A stretch of 64,000 nucleotides of DNA from an uncultured Clostridia bacterium (lineage in GTDB: Bacteria; Bacillota; Clostridia; UBA1381), in NCBI GenBank assembly GCA_904420525.1, contig CAJFVT010000101.1, positions 3,546 through 67,545 of the forward strand, written 5' to 3'. Both the position numbers and the translations under genes were made by a program. This document shows, one piece after another, positions 20,713 through 29,622 of this stretch (the first letter of the stretch is position 1; the number at the start of each line of letters is the position of its first letter). The notes below the pieces were generated by a model. That model saw only the letters and a program-made list of their open reading frames with translations, was not told where the DNA came from and searched no databases.

Positions 20713-21125
20713 GGGAGCTGTCGCGTTAAGAGCCGCATGGGGCTGCTCGATTTTAGATGCAGAACGGACGAAACGCACACGACGGTGTATGTGTATACTC
20801 CGAGTTGTGCGTTTCGTTTGTAGGGGCTGTAGCAAAATGCACAGACCGCATAAAGCGAATAAAACAAAGCAGCTAAGCCATTTTTACAGTTTATTCTGAT
20901 AATGGCCAATGTGGAAATTTTCATAAAATGAAAATTTCAGTATTAAATCCGCTTTATGCTACGAACGAAACGAACCCCTCGACGTACCCATGTACGCCTT
21001 CGGGCAAGGGGGCTGCGCCCCTTCGTTTCGTCCGTTCTGCACTATTTTTCTAAAGCCCCACGAGGCTGTTGCAAACTCATTGAGTTTTGCAACAGCCTCG
21101 TTCTGTGCTAAAAGCGACAGCCCCC
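20713..21125. repeat. ~410-bp nested imperfect palindrome (REP/MITE-like or structured-RNA element), non-coding
   Basis: Terminal inverted 12-mers GGGAGCTGTCGC (20713-20724) / GCGACAGCCCCC (21114-21125). Inverted 17-mers GCAGAACGGACGAAACG (20759-20775) / CGTTTCGTCCGTTCTGC (21024-21040). Further inverted pairs at 20808-20821/20959-20972 and 20848-20857/20950-20959. Small palindrome near the centre at 20914-20938. 14-bp hairpin at 21062-21100. Confidence 0.7.
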
Positions 21126-21147
21126 TCTCCCGGTTTTAGTAATTAAG

Positions 21148-22233
21148 TTATATCTTCATAGGGTTGGACATAAGATACTTATGTACCATCATCGCAACCT
21201 TGAATACTATCGCCTGATCAAACTTTCTCAGATCCAGACCGGTGAGCTTGTATATCTTTTCAAGCCTGTACACGAGTGTGTTTCTGTGTACGAAAAGCTG
21301 TCTTGAAGTCTCACTGACATTCAGATCGTTTTCAAAGAATTTATTTATTGTGAGTATCGTTTCATCGTCAAGCGTTGTAATATCACCCTTTTTGAATACC
21401 TCCTGCAGGAACAGCTCACAGAGCTTTATAGGAAGCTGGTATATAAGTCTGCCGATACCAAGATTGTCGTAGCTGAGGATGCTTTTCTCCTCATCAAAGA
21501 CCTTGCCTACCTCTATTGCGATCTGTGCTTCCTTATACGAATTATTCAGCTCGTCTATATTCGCAGCTACAGTAGAAAGTCCTATTATCACTGGATGCAT
21601 TATCTCTGCGCTCACCGTGTCAAGTATCTGCTGCGCCATCTCCTCCAGATCCTTTGTCGTAAGCAGCTCCTTGAGTTCCTTGATAAGAACTATATTGTTT
21701 GAATCGATGCTTATAACAAAGTCATGCTCTTTGTCGGGATAGATATTTCTCACTACCTCATATATGCCGCTCTCGCTGCCGCTCGTTACTTTTATATAGA
21801 ACACAGCACGCGGCACATCACACTCAACATGCAGCTCTCTTGCCTTCTGATGAAGATCAAAAGAAATGAGATTATCAAAAATGATGTTCTGCATAAAGTT
21901 TGTTTTATCATACTTCTCGTCATAATAATGACGCACATTGTTTGCTGCGACCGCTACCGCATTGCAGCAGTATTTTGCTGTCTCATCCGTTCCTTCCACA
22001 TAAACTACATATTCGGCATACGGCTTGTTGGACATGGCACGGATAGTAAAGCCGTCCTTGAATAAAAGCTTCTCGCTGTTTACGGCGGCAAGTACCAATC
22101 CCTCCATTACATCGTCATTCGGTTCAAGACCGTTATAAGCAAGAACAAGTCCGTGGGAATCGGCAATACCAAACCTTTTTGGGAACACATCTGCCATTTG
22201 TGTTATTATATTCTGAAAAGCTTTACTTATCAT
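21148..22233 (-). CDS. PucR/CdaR-family transcriptional regulator
   Basis: C-terminal PucR HTH (NVSETSRQLFVHRNTLVYRLEKIYKLTGLDLR). ATG at 22233 has a GGAGG RBS 8 nt upstream, preferred over the track's 22284 start. Confidence 0.85.
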   Translation of the reverse strand: MISKAFQNIITQMADVFPKRFGIADSHGLVLAYNGLEPNDDVMEGLVLAAVNSEKLLFKDGFTIRAMSNKPYAEYVVYVEGTDETAKYCCNAVAVAANNVRHYYDEKYDKTNFMQNIIFDNLISFDLHQKARELHVECDVPRAVFYIKVTSGSESGIYEVVRNIYPDKEHDFVISIDSNNIVLIKELKELLTTKDLEEMAQQILDTVSAEIMHPVIIGLSTVAANIDELNNSYKEAQIAIEVGKVFDEEKSILSYDNLGIGRLIYQLPIKLCELFLQEVFKKGDITTLDDETILTINKFFENDLNVSETSRQLFVHRNTLVYRLEKIYKLTGLDLRKFDQAIVFKVAMMVHKYLMSNPMKI

Positions 22234-22413
22234 AGTTTTGTCCTCCGAATGCAAAAATTGATCAACGGCTTTAAGAGCCGACATTTATACATAAATATTA
22301 TACAACAAAACTCACGGATTTTCAAGAACTTTTTATAAATCTTTTGTATCGTTTTATCTTTTTTTTTTAAAGCTTATCTATTATTTGTATTTTTATGCAA
22401 AATAATGGCTATT

Positions 22414-23202
22414 TTATATCAATCCAGCATGTCTCAAACCGTACGATATCCCCTCTTCCGCCACTGTCTTGGTGACGAACGAGCAGACCTCCTCAATATC
22501 AGGGCTGTGCGCTCCCATAGCTATTCCCGTTCCGACTGCTTTTAACATCTCATAATCGTTTGAATTGTCTCCGAACGCATATGTATCCGCAATGCTGACG
22601 CCTGCCGCCGCCGCCATTTTCGATATGGCTGCGCCCTTGCTGATACCCGCCATATCAACATCACAGGACAGATTTGTCCTGTGACGGCTGAAGCTGAAAA
22701 ATTCACCCAGCTCGCTGCTTACAGCGTCATACACAGCCTCGCTCTCAAATGTCAGGAACATCTTATGCACGCGAGCTCCATCCGCCTCCGATACCGGTCT
22801 GAACACTGACATCGGTATGTCAAAGAAGCTCAGTGAGCTTAAGAAATGCTCGTTATCCAGTCCGTTTGTATAGCACTTCTCCTGATTTTCAGCAACAAAG
22901 ATATATTTGTATCTGTCAGCATTGTCAATGATCATTTTCACAAGCTCATCCGGCATACAGCTGTCAAATATCTCTTCCCCGCAAAGCTCCGCGTGCGCAC
23001 CGTTCGAGGTCACATATCCATCCCATGCTATGCCCGTCTCCGGAACATAGCATTTCGCTCTGCCTGTCGCAAGAACGGCAAGATATCCGTTTTCCTTAAG
23101 CTGCCGCAAAGCCTCCTTTGTTGCAGCTGTGGGCCTGTATATTCGTGCTGTCTCATCGACCAGTGTTCCGTCAAAATCAAAAAATACTATTCCTCTGTTC
23201 AT
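22414..23202 (-). CDS. Cof-type HAD-IIB family hydrolase (sugar-phosphatase-like)
   Basis: FFDFDGTL motif I, ATGR motif II, GDNSNDYEM motif IV. Confidence 0.9.
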   Translation of the reverse strand: MNRGIVFFDFDGTLVDETARIYRPTAATKEALRQLKENGYLAVLATGRAKCYVPETGIAWDGYVTSNGAHAELCGEEIFDSCMPDELVKMIIDNADRYKYIFVAENQEKCYTNGLDNEHFLSSLSFFDIPMSVFRPVSEADGARVHKMFLTFESEAVYDAVSSELGEFFSFSRHRTNLSCDVDMAGISKGAAISKMAAAAGVSIADTYAFGDNSNDYEMLKAVGTGIAMGAHSPDIEEVCSFVTKTVAEEGISYGLRHAGLI

Positions 23203-23216
23203 TGTCTACCTCTGCA

Positions 23217-24956
23217 TTATTTCTTGAACTGGCTGTTATACAGATCTGCATAAAAGCCGTTTTTCTCCATAAGCTCGCTGTGACTGCCCTGTTCTATAAC
23301 TCTTCCGTTATTCATAACAAGTATGACATTTGCCTCTCTGACTGTTGAAAGGCGGTGCGCCACTATGAAGCTTGTTTTCCCCTGCATGAGCTTGTTGAAT
23401 GCCTGCTGGATCCTTATCTCCGTACGAGTATCTATCGATGACGTTGCCTCGTCAAGGATAAGCATAGGCGGACGGCACAGCATGACTCTCGTTATACACA
23501 GCAGCTGCTTCTGTCCCTGCGAAAGGCTTCCGCCGTCCTCGCCTATCACCGTGTCAAGACCATTCGGCAGTCGCCGTATAAACCCATAAGAATTTGCAGC
23601 CTTAGCCGCCGCTATTATCTCCTCCTCAGACGCATCCGGGCGTCCCATGACAATATTTTCACGTATAGTACCGGATTTCAGCCATGTCTCCTGCAGCACC
23701 ATCCCATACGAAGTTCGAAGACTGTGTCGTGTAAGCTCCTTTATCGGCTCGCCGTCGACTGATATGACTCCGCTGTCTGTATCGTAAAATCTCATGAGCA
23801 GATTTATCATCGTTGTTTTCCCGCAGCCCGTAGGTCCGACGATCGCTATCCTCTGTCCGGGTTCCACATGCAGCTCCAAATTCTCAATAAGCTTTTTGTC
23901 AGGAGAATATGAAAAGCATACGTCCTTTATATCAACATATCCTTTGACATCCGCAAGTGTCTTCGCATCAGCAAGCTCCGGCGTCTCCTGCTTTTCATTT
24001 ATAAGCTTCAAAAGTCTTTCAGCGCAGGCTATAGCGTTCTGCAGCTCCGTAACAACGCCTGATATCTCGTTGAACGGCTTTGTGTACTGATTTGCATAAG
24101 ACAGAAAGCTTGACAAAAGTCCGACTGTGATATGCCCGCTGCAGGCGGCTATCGCTCCCGTAAGCGCTACCGCTGCATATACGATGTTATTCACAAAACG
24201 CGTTGCGGGGTTCGTTATCGATGAAAAGAACACAGCCTTTAAAGAACAGTCATAAAGGCGTCCGTTTATCTCGTCAAATTCGTCTATAGTCTTTTTCTCT
24301 CTCGAAAACGCTTTTACCACCTTAAGATTATTTATCGTTTCATCTATAAGCGAGGTCTGCTCAGCCCGCGTCTCTGACTGCTCCATGAACATCTGATATG
24401 TTCTTGATGCTATAAATTTTGCCACAAGCAGCGATATCGGAGTCAGACACACTACCACAAGAGCGATCCATATATTTATCCTGAACATGAAAAACAATGT
24501 TCCTATTATCGTCATCACACCGGAAAACAGCTGCGTAAAGCCCATAAGAAGACCGTCTGCGAACTGATCCGCATCGGCTATAACACGGCTTACTACCTCA
24601 CCGCTTGAATGCGAGTCAAGATATGAGAACGGAAGCTTTTGGATTTTGCTGAAAGCAGCAAGACGCAGATCACGCACAACATTATATGTTATTTTATTGT
24701 TTACAGCATTCATTATCCACTGCAGCGCCGCAGTCGCTGCCACGACCGCTCCTATCCGAACCAGTATCTTCAATATACCCGCAAAATCCACGTTGCCCGG
24801 TCCTATTATCCCATCTATGGCGTAGCCTACGAGGATAGGCACATAGAGCGTGAGCACTACGATTATCGCGGAAAGAAAAATTGAAAACACAAGATACGCC
24901 CTATAGCGGCTTATATACTTCCATACATTTTTGATCGTACCCTTTTTCTCAGCCAT
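23217..24956 (-). CDS. ABC exporter, fused permease/ATPase (heterodimer partner B)
   Basis: Six-TM domain plus NBD (GPTGCGKTT, LSQGQKQ, LILDEATS). Confidence 0.9.
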   Translation of the reverse strand: MAEKKGTIKNVWKYISRYRAYLVFSIFLSAIIVVLTLYVPILVGYAIDGIIGPGNVDFAGILKILVRIGAVVAATAALQWIMNAVNNKITYNVVRDLRLAAFSKIQKLPFSYLDSHSSGEVVSRVIADADQFADGLLMGFTQLFSGVMTIIGTLFFMFRINIWIALVVVCLTPISLLVAKFIASRTYQMFMEQSETRAEQTSLIDETINNLKVVKAFSREKKTIDEFDEINGRLYDCSLKAVFFSSITNPATRFVNNIVYAAVALTGAIAACSGHITVGLLSSFLSYANQYTKPFNEISGVVTELQNAIACAERLLKLINEKQETPELADAKTLADVKGYVDIKDVCFSYSPDKKLIENLELHVEPGQRIAIVGPTGCGKTTMINLLMRFYDTDSGVISVDGEPIKELTRHSLRTSYGMVLQETWLKSGTIRENIVMGRPDASEEEIIAAAKAANSYGFIRRLPNGLDTVIGEDGGSLSQGQKQLLCITRVMLCRPPMLILDEATSSIDTRTEIRIQQAFNKLMQGKTSFIVAHRLSTVREANVILVMNNGRVIEQGSHSELMEKNGFYADLYNSQFKK

Positions 24957-26694
24957 TTACCGCAGCCTCCTTTGGAAACTGTGAATAGTAGATCTCACTG
25001 TAGACCTCACAGTTCTCAAGTAATTCCTCATGTGTGCCTATGCCTACAGGCACTCCGTCATCGAGAACAATTATCCTGTCAGCATGCATTACAGACGCCG
25101 TTCTCTGAGACACTACAAATACAGTCGGCGATGACGGCAGCTCTCTCACTGCCTTCCTCAGCTTCGCGTCAGTCGCAAAGTCGAGAGCCGACGCGCTGTC
25201 ATCAAGTATCAATATTTCAGGCTCTTTTATAAGAGCGCGCGCGATTGTCAGGCGCTGCCTCTGCCCGCCTGAGAAATTGCCGCCGCCCTGTGCCACGTAC
25301 GAATCAAAGCCCTTGTCCTTCCCCGATACGACCTCGGCTGCCTGCGCAGCGCTTACTGACGCATCCATTTCAGCTTCTCCGGCGTCTTCAAGCCCCCATT
25401 CTAGATTTGACCTGATAGTTCCCTTGAAAAGCACAGCCTTCTGCGGGACAACACCGATCTTTGCCCGAAGCGCGTCTATATCATATTCACGCACGTCAAT
25501 GCCATTTACCCTCACGCTCCCGCGCGAAGCATCATAAAATCTCGGTATCAGATTTACCAGCGAAGTCTTGCCTGATCCGGTACCGCCTATTATGCCGATA
25601 GTCTCTCCGCGCATCGCCTTAAAGCTGATCCCTTCTATCGCAGGCTCAGAGCTGCCCTTATAAACAAGCGCGGCATCCTCAAACTCTACAGCCGGTGCAG
25701 TCTCTATTCCGTCTTTGACCGTTCCGTTTTCAAGGCTGTTTTGTATGTCCAGCACATCTGATATCCTGTTCGCACAGGCAAGAGCCTTTGTAAGAGATAT
25801 TATCATATTAGCAAGCTTTATAAGCTCTACAAGTATCTGGCTCATATAGTTATAGAGCGCAACCACCTGTCCCTGAGTCAGCACACCACAGTCAACGCGC
25901 AGTGCGCCCTTCCATATAAGCGCTATTACCGCCGCGTTTATGACTGCATAGGTAAGCGGGTTCATGAGCGCGGATATCTTTCCTACAAACTTCTGTATCC
26001 TTACGAGAGTTTCATTCCTTTCAGTGAAATCCTCGTTTTCGCGCTTCTCCATGCAGAATGCTCTGAGCACCCTTGCTCCTGTTATATTTTCACGTGTCTT
26101 AGTCAGCACCATGTCAAGCGCGCGCTGAGCTTTTTTATAAAGAGGCATGGAAAGCAGCATTATGCCGAACACTATCACCGCCAGCACCGGTATAGCCACA
26201 ACGAAAACAAGCGCGCTCGGTACATCTATAGTAAATGCCATTATCATTGCACCGAACACAACGAACGGAGAACGCAGGAACAAACGCAGTACAAGATTGA
26301 CTCCAGACTGCACCTGGTTTATATCTGAGGTCATCCTAGTCACAAGAGTCGATGTTCCGAGCGTGTCGATCTCACTATGCGAAAGCGACTGGATATGCGC
26401 AAACAGCGCATGGCGCAGCTTCGTTGAAAAGCCTACCGCCGCCTTTGCCGCGAAAAACTGCGCCGTTATTGAACATACAAGCCCTATAACGCCCAGCGCG
26501 ACAAGTATAAGGCACATGCGCACTATATAACCGTAATCATTATTCGATATACCATTATCTATTATCGCCGCGACTACCAGCGGCACAAACAGCTCGAACA
26601 GCGCCTCAAGCAGCTTGAAAAGCGGTCCGAAAACGCTTTCCCTTTTATAGTCCCTAAGATAAACAAGAAGCTTTTTCAATTTTTTGCACCTCAT
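24949..26694 (-). CDS. ABC exporter, fused permease/ATPase (heterodimer partner A)
   Basis: TMD plus NBD (GGTGSGKTS, FSGGQRQR, LILDDSAS). Overlaps the downstream partner by 8 nt. ATG at 26694 (MRCKKLKKLL..) preferred, because the 51 extra N-terminal residues in the track run through the divergent promoter region. Confidence 0.9.
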   Translation of the reverse strand: MRCKKLKKLLVYLRDYKRESVFGPLFKLLEALFELFVPLVVAAIIDNGISNNDYGYIVRMCLILVALGVIGLVCSITAQFFAAKAAVGFSTKLRHALFAHIQSLSHSEIDTLGTSTLVTRMTSDINQVQSGVNLVLRLFLRSPFVVFGAMIMAFTIDVPSALVFVVAIPVLAVIVFGIMLLSMPLYKKAQRALDMVLTKTRENITGARVLRAFCMEKRENEDFTERNETLVRIQKFVGKISALMNPLTYAVINAAVIALIWKGALRVDCGVLTQGQVVALYNYMSQILVELIKLANMIISLTKALACANRISDVLDIQNSLENGTVKDGIETAPAVEFEDAALVYKGSSEPAIEGISFKAMRGETIGIIGGTGSGKTSLVNLIPRFYDASRGSVRVNGIDVREYDIDALRAKIGVVPQKAVLFKGTIRSNLEWGLEDAGEAEMDASVSAAQAAEVVSGKDKGFDSYVAQGGGNFSGGQRQRLTIARALIKEPEILILDDSASALDFATDAKLRKAVRELPSSPTVFVVSQRTASVMHADRIIVLDDGVPVGIGTHEELLENCEVYSEIYYSQFPKEAAVNG

Positions 26695-26812
26695 GATAAT
26701 ATATTGTTTTACTGTTATATTATAATATATATCCTCCGGATTGTCAAGAATTGCGGAAAATGTGATACTAATGCACTTGTACAGATGATTTCCAAACATG
26801 ATCATTACCATA

Positions 26813-26841
26813 TTGATTTTAGCCGTTATATATGGTATACT
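26813..26841 (+). promoter_or_regulatory. sigma-A type promoter for the GH13 gene
   Basis: TTGATT (26813-26818), 17-nt spacer, TGgTATACT (-10 at 26836-26841). Confidence 0.6.
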
Positions 26842-26876
26842 ATACATATCAAAGCAATATCAGGAGGAATTTTTTT

Positions 26877-28187
26877 ATGTGGGCATTTGAAAGTGTTTTT
26901 TATCAGATATATCCGCTCGGCTTCTGCGGTGCGCCGTATGAAAATGACGGTGTCCTTACTCACCGGATAAAAAAGGTAAGCGACTGGATCGATCATATAA
27001 AGGATCTGGGCGCAAATGCTATATATTTTTCACCAGTGTTTGAATCCGATACTCACGGCTATAACACGCGCGATTTTTTTAAGATAGACTGCCGTCTCGG
27101 CACAAACGATGATTTTAAGGAAATAGTCAAAGAACTGCACGAAAACGGGATCAAAGTCGTTCTTGACGGTGTGTTCAACCACGTTGGAAGAGGTTTTTGG
27201 GCATTCCAGGACGTCCTCGAAAAACGCTGGGAGTCGGAATACAAGGACTGGTTCCATATCAGCTTTGACGGCAACAGCAATTATAACGACGGATTATGGT
27301 ATGAAGGCTGGGAGGGAAATTATGACCTCGTAAAGCTTAATCTCCGCAATCCCGCCGTTACGGAGCATCTGCTTTCGGCTGTTAAGTTTTGGGTAGATGA
27401 GTTCGATATAGACGGGCTTCGTCTAGACGTTGCATACTGTCTTGAGCTGGATTTCCTGCGCGAGCTACGCAGATTCACCGAAACGCTCAAGCCTGAGTTC
27501 CTGCTGCTGGGCGAGCTGCTCCACGGCGACTACACACAGCGTGTGAATAGTGAGATGCTCCATTCCTGCACAAACTACCAGTGCTACAAAGGGCTTTATT
27601 CATCTTTCAACAGTATGAATATGTTTGAGATCATACACTCTATCCAGCGCCTGTTCGGCAGCGAGCCGTGGTGTATGTGCAAAGGACTTCATCTTATGAA
27701 CTTTGCCGACAATCATGACGTTACAAGAGTCGCAAGCATCCTTGAAAACGAAAAACATCTTCCGCTCATTTACGGTCTTATGTTCGGTATGCCCGGCTTT
27801 CCCTGCATCTATTACGGCAGCGAATTCGGCGTTAAGGGCAAGAAAAGCGATGGCGATCCTGCGCTGCGTCCGTGCATTGAAGAGCCGGAGGAAACTGAAC
27901 TTGCTGAATTTATTTCAAAGCTGGCGGAGATCTTCAAAAGCAGCGATGCTCTAATTAACGGCTCGTTCCGTCAGGTCGTTCTGCAGTGCAGCCACTGCAT
28001 ATTTGAGCGCAAATCTGACAAAGAGCGTATCCTGGTCGCTGTAAACGCCGGCGATACAGCTGTTACATGTCACTTTGACGCGGGCTGCGGTATTGCTGAG
28101 GAGCTTTTGACCGGTACCGAGCATGATTTCGGAGGCGGCAGCGAGCTCCCGCCTTACAGTGTTCAGTTCTGGCGTATGGAAAAATAA
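26877..28187 (+). CDS. cytoplasmic GH13 alpha-amylase-family glycoside hydrolase
   Basis: GH13 regions DGVFNHVG, GLRLDVAY, GELLH, FADNHD. No signal peptide. ATG 26877 preceded by AGGAGG. Confidence 0.9.
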   Translation: MWAFESVFYQIYPLGFCGAPYENDGVLTHRIKKVSDWIDHIKDLGANAIYFSPVFESDTHGYNTRDFFKIDCRLGTNDDFKEIVKELHENGIKVVLDGVFNHVGRGFWAFQDVLEKRWESEYKDWFHISFDGNSNYNDGLWYEGWEGNYDLVKLNLRNPAVTEHLLSAVKFWVDEFDIDGLRLDVAYCLELDFLRELRRFTETLKPEFLLLGELLHGDYTQRVNSEMLHSCTNYQCYKGLYSSFNSMNMFEIIHSIQRLFGSEPWCMCKGLHLMNFADNHDVTRVASILENEKHLPLIYGLMFGMPGFPCIYYGSEFGVKGKKSDGDPALRPCIEEPEETELAEFISKLAEIFKSSDALINGSFRQVVLQCSHCIFERKSDKERILVAVNAGDTAVTCHFDAGCGIAEELLTGTEHDFGGGSELPPYSVQFWRMEK

Positions 28188-28232
28188 TTTTATTCTTACA
28201 CTCATATAATATCTACGAAAGGTCTGATTATT

Positions 28233-29576
28233 TTGGAGAAAAATAACAATCTGGGTACTGAACCTCTCGGCAGGCTTATCATAAAGCTTTCGCTGCCTAC
28301 AGTTGCGGCTCAGCTGGTCAATCTTTTATATAATATAGTCGACAGGATATATGTCGGAAGGATCCCTGAGGTCGGCTCGCTCGCGCTTGCCGGACTGGGA
28401 GTTACGTTCCCTATAATAATGCTCGTCTCGGCATTCGCTATGCTCGCCGGGATGGGGGCTTCGAGAGCATCTATAGCCATGGGCGCCGGCGATTATAAAA
28501 AAGCTGAAAAATATCTTGGAAACAGTACTCTGCTTCTGATAATTTTCTCAATAATACTCAGTGTAGTTTTCTTTATCACAAAAGACAGGATACTTATGAT
28601 ATTCGGAGCAAGCGAAAACACTTTGCCGTATGCCTCGGACTACATATCCGTGTATCTTGTAGGAACTATCTTTGTTCAGCTAACACTCGGACTTAATATG
28701 TTCATAACTAATCAGGGCTTCTCAACAACGAGCATGCTTACAGTGTGCCTAGGAGCAGTTCTTAATATTGTACTTGATCCTGTGTTCATATTCCTGTTTG
28801 ATATGGGAGTTAAGGGCGCGGCACTCGCTACGATAATCTCACAGTGCGCCTCATGCATATGGGTACTCGTATTCCTTACAGGCAAAAAGACGATACTTAA
28901 GCTGCGGCTCAAAACGATGATCCCTGATCTCAAAATAATGGTTTCCATCATCACTCTCGGTGTTTCACCGTTTGTTATGCAGGCAACCGAATGTATTATC
29001 CAGCTTACCTTTAACAAAGGGATGATCTCTTATGGTAATGACATGTACGTAGCTATAATGTCTGTTCTGTTCAGTATCATGCAGCTTGTATGGATGCCGC
29101 TCTCAGGCTTCGCACAGGGAGTTCAGCCGATAATAGGATACAATTACGGCGCAAAAAAAATTGACCGTGTAAAAAAAGCGTTTAGTATACAGTTTATATC
29201 AAGTCTTATATTCTCTCTGGCTGCCGTTGCTTTGGTAGAACTGTTCCCAGGCTTCTTTCTCGGTCTATTCTCAAACGACCCAGAACTGATCTCTCAGGGC
29301 AGCAGCGCTCTCAGGCTATTCATGGCAGGCATGTCGCTTATGGGCGCGCAGAGCGCGTGTCAACAGACCTTTATAGCTCTTGGCGAAGCAAAAACGTCTA
29401 TGTTCCTCGCATGTCTGCGAAAAATAATATTGCTGTTCCCACTGGCTATAATAATACCTATTATAACAGATCTGGGCGTTTGGGGGCTTTTCCTTGCAGA
29501 GCCTATAAGCGATGTCACAGCAGTATGCGTTACTGTTGCTATGTTCGCAGTGCGTAGCAGAAAACTGCTTAAATAA
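28233..29576 (+). CDS. MATE-family efflux transporter
   Basis: 12-TM protein. N-terminal LPTVAAQLVNLLYNIVDRIYVG is characteristic of MATE/NorM-type pumps. TTG start. Confidence 0.9.
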   Translation: MEKNNNLGTEPLGRLIIKLSLPTVAAQLVNLLYNIVDRIYVGRIPEVGSLALAGLGVTFPIIMLVSAFAMLAGMGASRASIAMGAGDYKKAEKYLGNSTLLLIIFSIILSVVFFITKDRILMIFGASENTLPYASDYISVYLVGTIFVQLTLGLNMFITNQGFSTTSMLTVCLGAVLNIVLDPVFIFLFDMGVKGAALATIISQCASCIWVLVFLTGKKTILKLRLKTMIPDLKIMVSIITLGVSPFVMQATECIIQLTFNKGMISYGNDMYVAIMSVLFSIMQLVWMPLSGFAQGVQPIIGYNYGAKKIDRVKKAFSIQFISSLIFSLAAVALVELFPGFFLGLFSNDPELISQGSSALRLFMAGMSLMGAQSACQQTFIALGEAKTSMFLACLRKIILLFPLAIIIPIITDLGVWGLFLAEPISDVTAVCVTVAMFAVRSRKLLK

Positions 29577-29622
29577 TTACGGTAAGCAATGCTTTACCGG
29601 GAAAATACGGAGGTATAATAAG

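Noticed and set aside
20640-20924. 94-aa minus-strand ORF, and a mirror 41-codon plus-strand ORF starting at 20928
   Set aside because: Both start MKIS.. only because they read outward from the small palindrome near the centre of the repeat element. There is no RBS and the composition is odd, so I treat the region as non-coding repeat.
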